From assembly GCA_012295275.1 (NCBI GenBank), contig CM022674.1, positions 15,686,001 through 15,750,000 of the forward strand: DNA of 64,000 nt, written 5' to 3'. This document shows positions 27,558 to 45,082 of this stretch, one piece after another; within the stretch, counting starts at the first letter, position 1, and the number at the start of each line of letters is the position of its first letter. This DNA comes from Chrysomallon squamiferum. Lineage: Eukaryota; Animalia; Mollusca. A program made the translations under genes and the position numbers. The notes under the pieces are model-generated. The model made no database searches, was not told the DNA's origin, and saw only the letters and a program-made list of their open reading frames with translations.

Positions 27558-27981
27558 AGATGAAAAATAATAAGCACAACAATATAATCATTCTAAACAG
27601 CATTAAGTTTCACATAAATGTAGGCAGATTTCTCCATGCCCGTGCTGAGATCGATATGTGGCCAGGTCCTTCATGTAGACAGGGCGTAAAATAACAACAG
27701 CAGCAACAACAAAAACAACAACAATAATAATAATATGTATACGTACCATGATTTCAGATTATTCTTACCATGATGTTATCGTGTGATATGATCAGTCAGC
27801 ATAATAAACACATAAATGTCCTGACGTACTAATATCTTCAGAAAATCAGTTCACCTGATCTGTTAGAAGTTTCTACTTTCATTTGTTGTTGACAACCATT
27901 CTTTGTTTGTGCAACGTATTCTTCCGGTGTCTGCGCGTTCGGTTCGAAATCATGACAAACGGGTCTCAACTTCCGGCCATG

Positions 27982-27982
<1 letters not shown>

Positions 27983-28071
<89 letters not shown>

Positions 28072-28116
28072 ACACACACACACATACACACATACACACG
28101 CACACATACACATACA

Positions 28117-28155
<39 letters not shown>

Positions 28156-28350
28156 ACACACACACACACACATACACACACACACATACACACATACACA
28201 CACATACACACACATACACTCATACACACACATATACACACACACACATACACACACATACACACATACACACACACACACATACACACATACACACACA
28301 CACATACACACACACATACACACATACACACACACATACACACACACACA
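27983..28350. repeat. (CA)n/(CATA) compound microsatellite
   Basis: Direct reading. Confidence 0.95.
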
Positions 28351-30689
28351 TCTATACTGAAATACTGATATAATGATGTAAAAAAGATATTGAATAAACA
28401 GGCCTGTTATCAGTTGAACAAAAGTAGGTCAGATATGTAGACACACGGCATGCTGTTTTTATTATTCATTATGTCCGTGGCTTAGCTGTTGCTCCAGATT
28501 TAAATTAAATAAATAAATATAGATCCTCGCAGCTGAGTTAAATTGTTTGCAGTTTCTCCAAACACAATATCAGAACGCATCACTAATGAACGAATAGTGA
28601 AACAATCTATCTATCTATATGTCTGTCTATCTATCTATCTATTTATCTATCTATCTATCTCTCTCTACATATATATCTGTATGTCTGTCTCTCTGTCTAT
28701 CTATCTGTCTATATATCTATATATATAGATAGATATAGATATATATATATATATTTAAGTATCTTTAAATTTTTTAATGTAAGCGTATATTAAATCTGTT
28801 AAGCTTATGATGAAAATATAGGATGTATTATTAATACTAACATTATATTACTTCATAGATGTATGTAGAATGTTCTAACACATCAAGCAAATAGTATGAA
28901 ATATATAATTCACTTGGTTTCGTGTTTTAACTTAATGCTCTATATGCATCTTTAATAAAAAAATGTACGTGTACCATTGTGTTTGAGTGTATAAAGGTGT
29001 GACGGGTAGATCGATGGATACATTGACTTATATAATGTAGGCACAGAACCAACAACAACAACAAGAAAAGAACTACATTAAAAATACAAAAACAAATCAG
29101 AAACAAACCAATAACCAAATAAAAAACAAATCAACAACAGAATAAAAATACTACCAACAAAGATAGAGCAAAAAAAAAAAATAATAATAATAATATAAAC
29201 CAAAAAAAGAAATATAAATAAAAATAAAAAATAGAAGTAAAAAAAGAAAAACAAGACAAACCTTTCGCCCAAAACTAATCCTTGAAGCAAAACAAAAAGA
29301 AAGAAGAAATGAAGACGAGAGAGAGAGACAGAAAGAGAAAAGAAACATAAAATATAACACCTTATGGTAGTTCAGTCATTGCAAGTATTAATTTTTCAAA
29401 GACGAACAAATCATGTTTCAAATGATCATTTCCTTGGTCATTATTACACGAATAAACGTAACTGTATTCAGTATTCTCTTTGACTTCAATTTCGTTCAGT
29501 TGAACTGAAAGAATCTATACGAGTTATACAAAAATATGCAGGAGTACTACATTATTAATTACATTAACCATATTCACTGTATCATCAAATACTTGAGCTT
29601 TGCATAGAAAACAGAAGCTTGTGTCAAACGGTTAAACTGTTTCAGGGTTTTACCATGCTAGACTGCCAGCGAAAGTAAAGTGGTAAACACTTTACAGTAA
29701 GAAGGTTGTGTAACCAGAAAGATATTGGTTACTAAAAACTGTAGTTGATTGTATTTAACACGTGTGGCTGTATTAGGAGCAGTTCTTTAAAAAATTGACA
29801 TATACTTTTTGTAAGATGTTTGAAACCTCTGGAAACATTAACAAAAATATTTATCAGCTGTTCTTCGAAGCTAATTGTTGACTCTGTTTGGGAATCACCA
29901 AATAAACACAATAAACAGAATCTATGAAATTGCTTGGAAACACCAGTAGAACTAAACAATAGTTTATTTGGCTCTGTGAAAGAACGATTAAAATTTCTTG
30001 ATGCAATAGCATTAATTAATTTCTGAACAGAAGATAAATAAATTTCAGCACTTAAATCGTTGGTAAAATGGAGATAAAGAGACGAATCCAAAGAATAACA
30101 TTGTGTATTTTAGTATTTCTGATAATCGTTGTTTCTTTTACGAGTTCCGAGCATGGTACTGGTAAGTCGTTTCGAAGGTTACCGCAGTACAATGATAAGA
30201 AATCTGCAGAAGATCCTTCAAAAGAATTGAACGTGTCCAGTAAACGCTACTGTGTCAGAGAATGTTCCAGCTATGTTGGTTGCAAAGGTTTCGTATATAA
30301 CAATGGCAACGGCATGTGTTCCCTGTACAGTGAAAACTTGAATTCTCTTTCGTTTGTTAGCGAGGCAGAAACAGAATCACATGGTATGATATATCCTTTT
30401 TTGTTTGTGATTTTCTCTTTTTATTTATATACGTATTCCTTTCTTTATTTACTATTACTATGTATATTTATTCCTAGCAGACTTTTTTTTTATAAATTGT
30501 ATTCTTATACACTGGCGACGACGATATCACATTATGTATTAACACTTTCACTACTGCTGCTGTTATAATGTGACCTTTAGTATCCTGACTACTGCAGCTG
30601 TTATTATTTTTTACTTTTATTAGTTTTACTACATTAGTATTATTGTTGTTGTTGTTCTTCTTATAATTATTACTGTCATAATAAATTAT

Positions 30690-30985
30690 TATTATTATTA
30701 TTATAGTGTGTCCACCTGACTGTGTAGAGATAATTAATTTTACTATTAGAGAAAATGTTACCTCTAACCGTGTAGAGATAATTAATGTTATTATTACATA
30801 ACGTGTTCTCGCTGACTGTTTAGAGAAAATTAATGTTATTGTTACAGAAGATGTTCACTATGAGCGTGAAAAAAACAATTAATGCTATTGTTAATACAAC
30901 AGTTGTTCTCTCTGATTGTGGTAGAAATAATGTATGTTGTTATTATTACAGAAAGTGTTCCCTCGGACTGTGTAGAGATAATTAT
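30690..30985 (+). repeat. ~48-bp tandem repeat made of copies of the intron 1 acceptor plus the start of exon 2 (copy A)
   Basis: Units like gttattattacagaaagtgttccctctgactgtgtagagataattaat; the last unit is the real acceptor and exon start. Confidence 0.8.
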
Positions 30986-31162
30986 GAATGGAGGTAAAAC
31001 AAGCGGAGTTTATACAATTGTACCACGTGACAACAAGAGCCCAATCAGGGCGTACTGCGAAATATCTGACAATGATAGCGGCTGGCTTGTAAGTTTTCAT
31101 TTCATATATTATCTCTCTTTTCTCTTTTTATCTTTTATTCACTCGTTTCGCTTTATTCATGA

Positions 31163-31321
<159 letters not shown>

Positions 31322-31723
31322 TAATGAAGAATAACCATTAAAAAAAATATATATATATATATATATATATAAATTGTTTATTGTTCATTAATTTATATCT
31401 ATAGAAAAGATAGTTGGTTAAATCAGTAAGTTTACATATGTATATATATACACATACAAGTGAGTATGAATAAAACTATGTGAAAAAACAACAACATTTT
31501 ATTGAAGTAAGTGAACTAGAATAAATAAAATACAACATAAATAAATAAATATGTCGATATTTTCTAATTCATCGGCCGGTAGATTTATCGATCTGATTTA
31601 TCTTGCCAGGCAATGAGAACATACATCGGTTGACCAGACGGGGTTATTACGATCTGAAAATTGACTTGGAAGATTTTGAAGGTAACGCGAAATTTGCCAT
31701 CTACAAAAATGTCTCAATAACTG

Positions 31724-31923
31724 NNNNNNNNNNNNNNNNNNNNNNNNNNNNNNNNNNNNNNNNNNNNNNNNNNNNNNNNNNNNNNNNNNNNNNNNNNNNN
31801 NNNNNNNNNNNNNNNNNNNNNNNNNNNNNNNNNNNNNNNNNNNNNNNNNNNNNNNNNNNNNNNNNNNNNNNNNNNNNNNNNNNNNNNNNNNNNNNNNNNN
31901 NNNNNNNNNNNNNNNNNNNNNNN
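31724..31923. other. Assembly gap (200 N) interrupting exon 4 of copy A
   Basis: Run of N. Confidence 1.
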
Positions 31924-32284
31924 AACATTAAACTAGTTTAAACCTTACGTTTAAAGAATAGGGTCATCATCGTAGTCGTAGTCGTTGATACTGGTGTTTT
32001 ATGTTAGAAAACTGATTGACACGAATGTGCTTCTGATAATTATAGAATATTTACTTGTAGGTGATGCCCTGATGAACACTGTAACAGATAACGTTCGTCA
32101 CAGTGATATGAAATTCTCTACAGAGGACAATGGAAACGCATGTGCTGGGGGTTATAAGGGAGGCTGGTGGTACAACGACTTTCACTCTGGCAATGTGAAC
32201 GGTCCGTACCTCAATGGAACCAATAACCTCTTTGCTGTAGGCATCAACTGTCGCCATGGAGAGGCTATTATTATTGATTGAAGA

Positions 32285-32625
32285 AAACTGTAATGAAAAT
32301 TCGACCATCTTCTGTTTTGAGCTAAAACTCCAGTGAAATTTCGATCAATTTCAGTTTTGAATTAATAGTGTGATACAAATTTGGCCATCTTCAGTTTTCA
32401 AAGAAACCTGTGATGAAATTAGACCATGTTCTCTTTTTAACTGAAACTGTAACGAAAATTTGACCATCTTCTGTTTTGAATTATAACTGTAATGAAAGTC
32501 CGACTATCTTCTGTTTTCAATTACAACTGTAATGAAACTTTACTATCTTCTGTTTTCAATTATAACTAGAATGAAAAATAACTGTGATGAAAATTCCACC
32601 GTATTCGGGTTTGAAGTAACACTGT
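32285..32625 (+). repeat. 40-bp minisatellite derived from the CDS end and stop codon (copy A 3' UTR, ~8 units)
   Basis: Unit aaactgtaatgaaaattcgaccatcttctgttttgaacta; the first unit encodes KTVMKIRPSSVLS*. Confidence 0.88.
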
Positions 32626-33159
32626 GTTCTTAGTTAAAAAAACGAAGCAATAGTATTAGCCTAATGAAAACTGAATTATTAACTGGAGAAATAAAATAAA
32701 ACAAAAAACGAAAAAACATTCCAACTGACAGGACTGTTTCCTTACTCAAATTATTGAAGACAAAAAAAATGATTGGGAAAAAAATATGAAAAAAAATGTT
32801 TGAAATGTTTATTTCTTTTCGGATTTATTTAATATAAATCTGCAAACTACTAATTTGAAACAATTGCTGAATGTAAATTTTTAACACTTGATAAATTAAA
32901 TTTTATAATTGATTTGTTTGGAAAGAGTTGTTAAATGTAATTGTATGTAAGCAAATGTTGCTGATTGGTTTTTTTATTCGTGTTCTGGATAAAGATAAAT
33001 GTACACACACATATATTATGTTCGAAAAAATATGTGTATGAGCAGGATTTTTAAAAAACAAGAAGATATCATTAAAGCAAGAGAAAACACAAAATTAAAT
33101 AATAATAATATTAATATTACAAATGCCTCTACTAATACTGCAACTACAACTACAACTAT

Positions 33160-33200
<41 letters not shown>

Positions 33201-34078
33201 ATAATAATAATAAATATGCACACATACCCAAACACACAGCCACACACACACAGACACAGACTGTAAACACAATACCTACTTGATGTAAAAACACATGAAT
33301 ATTTAAAATAACGAGATCTCTCTGAAGACTGAACAAAGCTGGGAAAGTCGCTTCATTTGATCTCACTTGATTCTGTTCTGTAGATGAACATACATTGATC
33401 GATCAGTTTAATGCTAGTATAATTGGAAAAATAATAAAACAGGTGACGAAATGTAAATTATTTATTTGTATACAGTTCGGTAAGTTCTATTTGATTGTTT
33501 GCATTAATTTATTCTTAACAATTTGTTTTTGACTTAATCCCTTAGGATGTTTGTAACGGTGATTAAAAACAATAAGTTTGTAAGTATGGACGTGCATATT
33601 AATAACTACAAAAAATAAAAAGACAAAGGATACCAATAAAACAAAAGGAACAATAAAGAGAAAGCATCAAATATTCCACTAGTTCAGCAAGAGTAAATAT
33701 AAATATTTTATGGATGACTAAAACATATTTCAAATGATCATTTCCCTGATGACTATTACATGAATAAGTATAAATGTGATTTCCATTCTGATTCACTTCT
33801 AAATGATTCAGCTGAATTGACAGAATCAATAGAATTTAAAAAAAAGATATATCCACCGTTACTGTATTATTAAGTTAATCAGTCAAGTACGACATTGTTT
33901 TATTTAATACAGGATGAAATATTTCTGTTTTGAACAGAAAGCAGTAGCTTGTGTCGAACGGGCAATACACTGGAAAAGTTCAGTTCAAATAACATTTAGA
34001 ATTTCTTTCTATAATTATATTAATTTAGTTCTGAACAGAAATACCTGAATTTCAGCACTGATATCGTTTATGAAATTG

Positions 34079-34159
<81 letters not shown>

Positions 34160-34652
34160 GGAAAGAGAAAATGGAAGATATTCTGCTTGTTCAGCAAGCG
34201 TAAATATTAATTTCTCAAAGATGAATGAAACATATTTCATATGATCATTTCCCTAATGACTATTATATGAATAAGTATTTACCTTTATCTTTGGCTTCTA
34301 TATGTTTCTGCTAAAGTTAGAGAATCGATAGTAATTATTAAAAAAAAACTATCTACCATTAGTATCTTATTAATTTAACCATCCAAGTGAGACGTGGTTT
34401 TCATTAATAAAGGATGAAATATTTCTGCTCCGGACTGAAAACAGAAGCTTGTTTCAAACGTTCAGTATAATTTGAAGAGATCAGTTTGGTAGACTACTAG
34501 TTACAGTGTCTTCGAAACATTAATAGAAGTAATTAATAGTTTATTTCGCGCTATCAAATAACGATTAAAAGTTCTTTATCTAACTGGATTAATTTAGTTC
34601 TGAACTGAGATACCTAAATTTCATCACTGATATCGTTTGTAAAATAAAGATA

Positions 34653-37208
<2,556 letters not shown>

Positions 37209-37938
37209 AACAGGATTGAGAATTTGAACATCTTCTGTTATAAATTGAAAACGGTAATTCGACCAAATTTTCTAAAACAGGATTGAGAATGAACATCTTC
37301 TGTTTTTGAAAACAAATACCATTTAGAACAAACATTTGAACATTTGTCTGTCTTCTGACTAAAGTTATATCTGTAATTACAAAAATGACCGTCTTCTGTT
37401 TTGAACTAAAAATGTAATGAAAATTTCACAATCTCCTGTTTTGGACTAAATCTCTAATGAAAATTCGACCACCTTCAATTTTTGAACGAAAACTGTTATG
37501 ACAATTCGACCTATTTCTGTTTTGAATTAAAACTGTACTGAAAATTCCACCATCTCCTTTTCTGAACTAAAATTATAATGGAAATTCGTTCATCTTCACG
37601 TTCGAACTAAAACTGTAAGGAAAATTCCACCATATGCTGTTTTGACCTAAAGCTGTGTCGAAAATTCGAGTATCTTCTGTTTTGAAGTAAAACTGTAAAG
37701 AAAATTCGAGTATCTTCGGATTTGAATTAAAACTGTGATGAAAATTCCAACAACTTCTGTTTTGAACTAAAACTGTAATGAAAACTCTACAGTCGTCTTT
37801 TTTAAATTAAAACAGTTTTATTAGTTGAAACGAGACAATAGTGCTAGCCTAAATTATTAACTTGAGAAATGAAATAAAAATAAAAAACGAAACACTATTC
37901 CAATTTACAGGAATATTTTGTTTAATCAAAACAGTTTC

Positions 37939-37974
<36 letters not shown>

Positions 37975-38673
37975 AGAAAGAAAATATCTGAATTGTTTAT
38001 TTCTTTTAGCATTTATTTCATATAGATTTATAAACTACTAATTTTGAAAAAATTGCTAAATGTAAATTTACAACCCTTGTTAAATTTAGTTTTATAATTG
38101 TTGTCTTTGGAAAGAGTTGTTAAATTTAAATTTATGTAAGCAAATGTTGCTAAATTATTTTATTTTAATTCGTTTTCAGGATAAAGATAAATTTATGATA
38201 ATATAAAAACGAGAACTATTACTGGTACTTGAAACTTTCTCCTGATACCGGTAGATTATAAGGATCGATCCCAGCTTTATCGAGTTTGTCTTCATAACTT
38301 TCGTGTTTGTTAGTGCTGACTTTATATAAAAATTATAGTATGTGTTGTACAGTATAAAATAGTTTGTAAAATGATCCTCACTGCTGATATAAAAATGTAT
38401 TTTGTGGAGGAAAAATTCCTGAAACTTCTATTAGTGTTGACTGTAGATTTGAAAAGATTTCGTGTTATGTCTGTAATAAAAGGTAAACATTTTCATTCTT
38501 TATTTCAGTTTGTTTGTTTGTGTGGTCATTTGATTATTTGTTGAATTATTTATTTAAATTTCATCCTGTTTTATTTATTTATTAATTTATTTATTTCAAT
38601 ATATATATGCGTCACCATGATTATAAATAAATAAAAATAAAACAAACAAATAATAATAAAATTACTACTACTA

Positions 38674-38705
<32 letters not shown>

Positions 38706-39495
38706 ACGACTACTACTACTACTACTACTACTAATACAACTAATAGTTATAAATACAAACACACACACACATATAAAAGGTTGATTATAAAGACAAAATT
38801 TTGTTTATGCAAAAACACATGAATATTATAACCGTGTTTATTTTTGTCTTTGGTGATTTTAACTGTGGGTATTTTGCTATATAAATACTTTGGGGAATGC
38901 AGTCTGGGAGCAATGGGGTCCAGTCTAAATATAAAAATGAAAGTGAGATGAGCCGAGTTCCGAAGTGTTTAGTGCTGGACAGTTTAAGTGCTGGACAGCC
39001 AAGTGCGTTGTGCGACTGGACGCTTTCTGACAGGTCAGCGGGCGTGTCCGTCGCAGAAGTCTGTACACTGGTCTGTGCGTTATTTTATAGCACTCGGCTC
39101 ATATCGTTACGTATTAATGTATTTAGGTATTTTAGTTGTTGTCAAGATTATTGCCGTAATCAATTTACTCGGGATAAGACATCTTTTGTCTACAGCGGTC
39201 CTTAATCGGCGCATACCCATTAATTGGAGGCGGCTCATATCATTATGTATTAATGATTTTAGGTATTTTAATTAATCATATGTCTGTTGTTAGATTGGAT
39301 GGATTGTAACTTGACGACTTTGGCTAATATTTTAAATAACGTTTTATCTTTGAAAACAAAACAAAGATGTTTTTCTTAATCCCTTAGGATGTTTGTAACG
39401 GTGATTAAAAATAATACATATAACTATGTATGTATGTATTGTAAGTAGGTATACATGCATATTGATGCGTGTGTTTGTGTTTTATATATATATGT

Positions 39496-39539
<44 letters not shown>

Positions 39540-39540
<1 letters not shown>

Positions 39541-40399
39541 GTGTTAATAGGTGGTATAAAATGCAGTAGTTCCTGATTGCATTCAGATCACTTATTTTTC
39601 CACCATGGTGGTTCTTTTGGAAGTCCGCTTTAAGAGAGATTGTTTAAGAAGTATGAATTATGCAAGCGAGTGTACATTCCAAAGGAAGAGCACGTCTTGA
39701 TTATGGACCAGCTAAAGAAGATATCTGTTGACCACAGGAAAAACACACCACGAGTACTTACTACCTCATGTCCACGTTTGAAATTCTTCAGTGCGCAGAC
39801 GTGCAGAAACTGACCAAGATACGCCAGACAGATGAAGACGCCAGGTCTCACCAGCTGCGGTCCCACTCCGATGATGACCAGTTGACGCCAAAAGTAGAGT
39901 TCCTGTGACGACGTCAGCGACAAGCATAAGTTCGCCGAAGATGAACAGTTTCAGCAAGACGAGCGGATGAAAGGTAAATATTCCAGGAACCAGTTTGATG
40001 TGTGTTCCCAGAGACTGCTTTTGTTGTATGATGTGTCAAAATGCTTTTAGAGCAGCAGTGTCAAAGGAGTTACGCAGGAGTACAAGGGATTGTGAAATGC
40101 AGCTATAGAGGAAAAAAGAGGTGTCAAACAAAACGTGTATGTTTCGAGAACAAACGTTTGAACTGCTGTAATAAATAGAACACTACTATTTGAGTTACGA
40201 AGTAAATCTCTTCATCCAATTGTAAGTCACCCTTTTTCATTCAATCATTTTGCCTAATGACTTGAGGTCTATTTCAGTCGTTTGGCCTATTTATAGGAAA
40301 TCTTAGACATTAGGCCAAATGTCTGACGGTCTTGGGAGTTAGGCTAAACCTAAACATTTCAGGCATTAGACCAGATGACTTCTTTCACATATTGGCTGT

Positions 40400-40400
<1 letters not shown>
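39540..40400 (+). mobile_element. Internally deleted Ginger2/TDD-like (KRBA2/SCAND3-related) DNA transposon remnant
   Basis: N-terminal YYLMSTFEILQCADVQKL joined to C-terminal KGKYSRNQFDVCSQRLL and GVQGIVKCS..KRCQTKR.CF..CCNK*, with no integrase core between them. The 3' terminus has ttaggccaaat-like repeats and ends ...cacatattggctgtaa (reverse complement of a TGTTACA-type terminus lacking the last 2 nt). Confidence 0.65.
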
Positions 40401-40430
<30 letters not shown>

Positions 40431-41566
40431 ATATAGGTTTACCATACACACACCGACCCACACAAAAATCACATACACATACATATACATACATATCTAC
40501 ACACCTACGCTCATAACGCTATTTAAGAGACTGTAAGGGTTGACAATTCATGTATTGTTGTGTTGCATATATTGTTGTGAAGTGTCGTGGATCAGGTTTT
40601 TCAAAAAAATGTTTTGTTGTCTCTTCTTTAGTAAAATTGCCTTTTACCTTTCTGTCTTTTGTGTCATTTAAAAACCGACGTGAAACACACACAGAGACAC
40701 ACACACACGCACACACACACACACATACATACATACAAATGAATATTCAAAGACACGCAGATACATTCAAACATTACAACAATATTATATACACATTAAT
40801 TATACAGACACACTAGGTATAAACATATAAAAACAGACACAAACACAACATACTTAAGCAGAGGATTTCGCTAGGGAATACATTCTTTCTCTCTACAAAT
40901 TCAATACATCAAATACACTGGTTTACACACTGAACCGTTGCAGATAATTTCATCCAGAATTACGGTTCTTGCTATTTATAGACAGGGAAATACCAACATT
41001 AATATAATAAATGTCATTGTTTCAGTAACATAACTTATTTAAATAAACGTGTTTGGTTTAGTTCATTGTCGATTATTAAATATTTGAAAGGAATAGAAGG
41101 CCAAAACATCCTTTGTGGCATCTATAAATAGACAGAAAATTGTATTTGCGCAGTTAATGAAGACTGCAGGGTTTCAGTTTAAGAATGGGTTGTATGCACG
41201 CTTCACTTAGATATCTCGCTTCTGGAACTAATATGTTGTTGGGCTTCACTCAGTGCTTACACATTTTTAATAACATGTAGATGAACTTTCATTCGAAAAA
41301 AGGTTTCATTGTAATTTCTATATTTTCTGGTGTTGTTTGTAGCTAGAAACCTTTCTGATATTCAGTATCTTCCTGTCATATCGTCTGTCCATGAATAATA
41401 CACTGTCATTCTAGACAGAAAAAAAGAAAAAAAAAAAAAAATAAATTAATAAATAAATAAATAAAAAAGGGAAAGAAAATAACAAAACAAAATAAAAAAG
41501 ACAACTCGAAGAAAAGAAAACAGAAATCAAAACAAAAACAAAGAACAACAAACAAAAAACAAACAA

Positions 41567-41614
<48 letters not shown>

Positions 41615-42238
41615 ACAAACAAAATGAAATACTTAAGTATTTAGGCCATTTATACCGTGTAAATCGAAATGAATTTAGCGCTTTTGTTTTTGGCCCGAGT
41701 TCCGCCCCTGTAGTGTCGCACTAAAATTTGTGAACGTATTATACTGGATTTTAATATTTATTGCGGAAAGCATCTGGAGTTAATACGAATCGATCTACTT
41801 GTCTATTACTGAAAACTCTATGAGCAGGCCACTTTAAACACGTGTCGCTGTCCTTGGTCACGTGATCTATGGAAACTATAATGACATCTGAAAATTAAGA
41901 GTATATCGTGCTGAAGGTTGGGTGATCGTTCCCTGTCGCTGTGCTTGGGGTTATTACTTTTTCAAATGTGTTTGGATATTTCTTAATGAGAAAACTTGTA
42001 TTTTCACACATAACTACATTAAAATTAAACTATACAATGAAAATAAAATAAAATAAAATAAAAAGAAATGTATAGGCCTAATGACAAGCTGATCATATTA
42101 AATGCTATTTCTTCTTTTGCTTCTTCGTAATATTCGTTCCATCTTTTTTAGGACAAAGGAAAAAAGGGACGAAAAACACACACACACACAACACACACAC
42201 ACACACACAAAACACCATAATCAGCACCTCAAATAAAA

Positions 42239-42278
<40 letters not shown>

Positions 42279-42313
42279 AATAAATATAATACCAATCTGT
42301 TAACTAAACAAAA

Positions 42314-42348
<35 letters not shown>

Positions 42349-42649
42349 AAAATATAAAATGATTATACTGGCAGCGCAACCCGTATGTCAAAGGAATTTA
42401 ACAGCAACAGCTTTCATTATATACACTTTACTAGTTGCTTCCCTTTATCAACCATCCGCATGAAATTTGAAAAAAGAACCAAAGAAAAACATTTAGCTTA
42501 ATTTTTTAGTGCTGCTGTCTCTGTGGCATTATTACATTTAAATTACATAACTACAGTTAATCAGTACAAAATATCTTTAATCCTATTTGAAATATTTACA
42601 CTTGCTTCTAGCCAAGGATTAAGAGCACGTATTTAAAATAACAATGATA

Positions 42650-42710
42650 TTGGGCGTGGTTTATTGCAGACTCGGCCGGTCATTTTTAAAAATATGTTAA
42701 CCAATGAATT
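42650..42710 (+). promoter_or_regulatory. Putative promoter elements (GC box GGGCGTGG, CCAAT) upstream of the kinase first exon
   Basis: gggcgtggt at 42652 and ccaat at 42701, 150-200 nt upstream of ATG 42853. Confidence 0.3.
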
Positions 42711-43901
42711 TCAAGAAGCGTAATTATTGACAGGACGACCTGACCTAATTCAGCTTTTGACCCGATTTTAGTAAATGTTGAACAGTGACATCACACCAGC
42801 AGTTTCCGATCGGTGGTTGTTATCGGAACTCTCGTATGTGAAAAGAAATGCGATGAGTTCGCTAATCATTAGTTTTGTCGTCTTTATGCTGATTAATTCT
42901 CCTGAATCTGCCGTTTCTAATGACTATGTAGCTGTCCCGTTTATACAAATAGGCTCATGTAAACTGGTTATAAGCACAAGAGACATAATTGATTTGAAAA
43001 GTTTACAACGCAGTGATGGCTTGCCGAGGTAATGCATGCAGATTTTTGTAATGTATACGAATTTTTATAAATGCTGCTTCTTATTTTTGTTATGCAAGTA
43101 CATCTAAATTAACTTAGCTACACTGTAGTTCTTTTTGTGAATAAGTGAAAAAGGAATATTTCTTTAAAACATATTGAATAAATAAATACATGCATTTTAA
43201 AAATAAATATGAAGAAGAAAAAAAAATAGCTAAATAAATAAATCATAACAAAATTAAAATGAATTTTGACTGAAATTATTAATTTGTATTCTGACATATT
43301 ATTTAAAACTGAATATGCTTATTCTTCAAAACTGTTTTGTAACTGGTCTTACAGTCAAAACCACTAACACAAACACCAACTTTACCATGTTCTGTTAAAC
43401 CACAACCACAAGAACATTATTACTATGACTACCAACACTGCTATCACTGGTAACAATCAACCATGGATTATCATCTGCACCATCATCTATTATTATAATC
43501 ATCATCAGCAGCAGCATTATTATTCTCATCTAGATAATCATCATAATTATTATCTTCATCATCAACATTATCATTCTCAGCAATATTGTGGTTTTAACAT
43601 CAGATAATAAAATAGGATTTTACTATTTACAATTTCAATTTTTGTGGTTGTTTATTGTGGTATTATGTTTCATATTTCACACTTCACCGATTCTTTTCTT
43701 TACCATGACCTTTTTGGCAACCACTCAAACATTTCAAATTTAAATATATATATATATATATATATTTATACATATATAAAAAAAATTAAAATGTGTTGAA
43801 GATTATTTATAAAATAACTGTTAGAAAATAGCTTCAATGTATTTTGTGTAGAACTGTTTCTTAATAATTATTTATTTATTATGAAATGACCTACCAAACT
43901 T

Positions 43902-43982
<81 letters not shown>

Positions 43983-44252
43983 ATTTATTTCACAGGTTTA
44001 TTATTTGTGAGTTTATTTACAGGGAAGTCTTACAACTATACTTTTAACCTGTGTTTATCACTCAACATGTCTCAAGTCAACACTGACATTGTGCAAGGGT
44101 ATGGATGTTATTTAGTTGCAGCGAAGAAAATGTGTTGTTTACTTATATCTACATTAACATGGATCCCATTAACTGACATATGTCCATTTCACATACATAC
44201 ACATTCGTAAATATAATATTTAAACACGTACATTTAGACATAATAAATCCAA

Positions 44253-44303
<51 letters not shown>

Positions 44304-45051
44304 AACTCTCTCTCTTTTGTTTTCATCTCTATTATTTATTTTGCATCTCATTCTTTCTCTCTTTCTCTATCATTTGCTACCCCATATATTATTCTCTCTC
44401 TCATTTTCTTTCTGTTTCTCTCTCTCACTGTCTCTGTCTTATTCTCTATCACTCTATTTTTATCGTTTTTCTGTTTCTCATTCTCCATCAGTATCTCTTT
44501 TTCCCTGTTTATACCTTTCTTTCTTTCTCCCTTTCTTTCTTTCTCCCTTTCACTTTGTCTTTCACTTACATTTTTGCTCTCTGTTTCTGTAATTAGTAAT
44601 TAATGTTTAACTGTCAGCTACAAAATGTTTCATCTCTTTTTCATTTTTTTTAAATATATATATTTTTTTATCAGGTATGTAAGTTCAACATCAAAGAACA
44701 GAAACAATATTTTACTCTTGGTTTGCAGAACTACGCCAAGTTCCGAGTCATTCGAGATATCAGCAACAACCACACCAACTCAACACTGGTCTTTACTGCA
44801 GACAAGTACTTACACACTTCATATTTATCAGTGGATCATTATTTGTATTTAGTAATTGGAAATATACAGCAACATTTCTTAAATTTCATTTTAGGTTTAA
44901 TCGATATAAGAATTTGTTTTATTCATGTAGGTATAGTTACATTTATAAATTATAGTAAGATCAGTAATGATGATGATGATAATTAAAAAAATAAGAAATA
45001 ATAATCATGCTATTTCTGCTACTTTAGTAATAATAATAATAATAATAATAA

Positions 45052-45082
<31 letters not shown>

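Noticed and set aside
27838-28373. Long HT/CV ORFs, and similar SL/ER/YI/poly-I/poly-N ORFs elsewhere in the track
   Set aside because: They are translations of microsatellites
29732-30091. 119-aa minus-strand ORF upstream of FReD copy A
   Set aside because: No motifs, and it is not kept open in the duplicated unit B
40519-41410. Exon-like minus-strand segments (e.g. TVILDEIICNGSVCKPVY, RRFLNDTKDRK...) below a GC-box/E-box region at 41700-41870
   Set aside because: Multiple stops, no recognisable family motif, and no consistent exon chain could be built
44665-44728. 4-nt microexon (cag|GTAT|gtaagt) in the kinase 5' region
   Set aside because: The following intron would be only ~50 nt and it cannot be validated without transcripts
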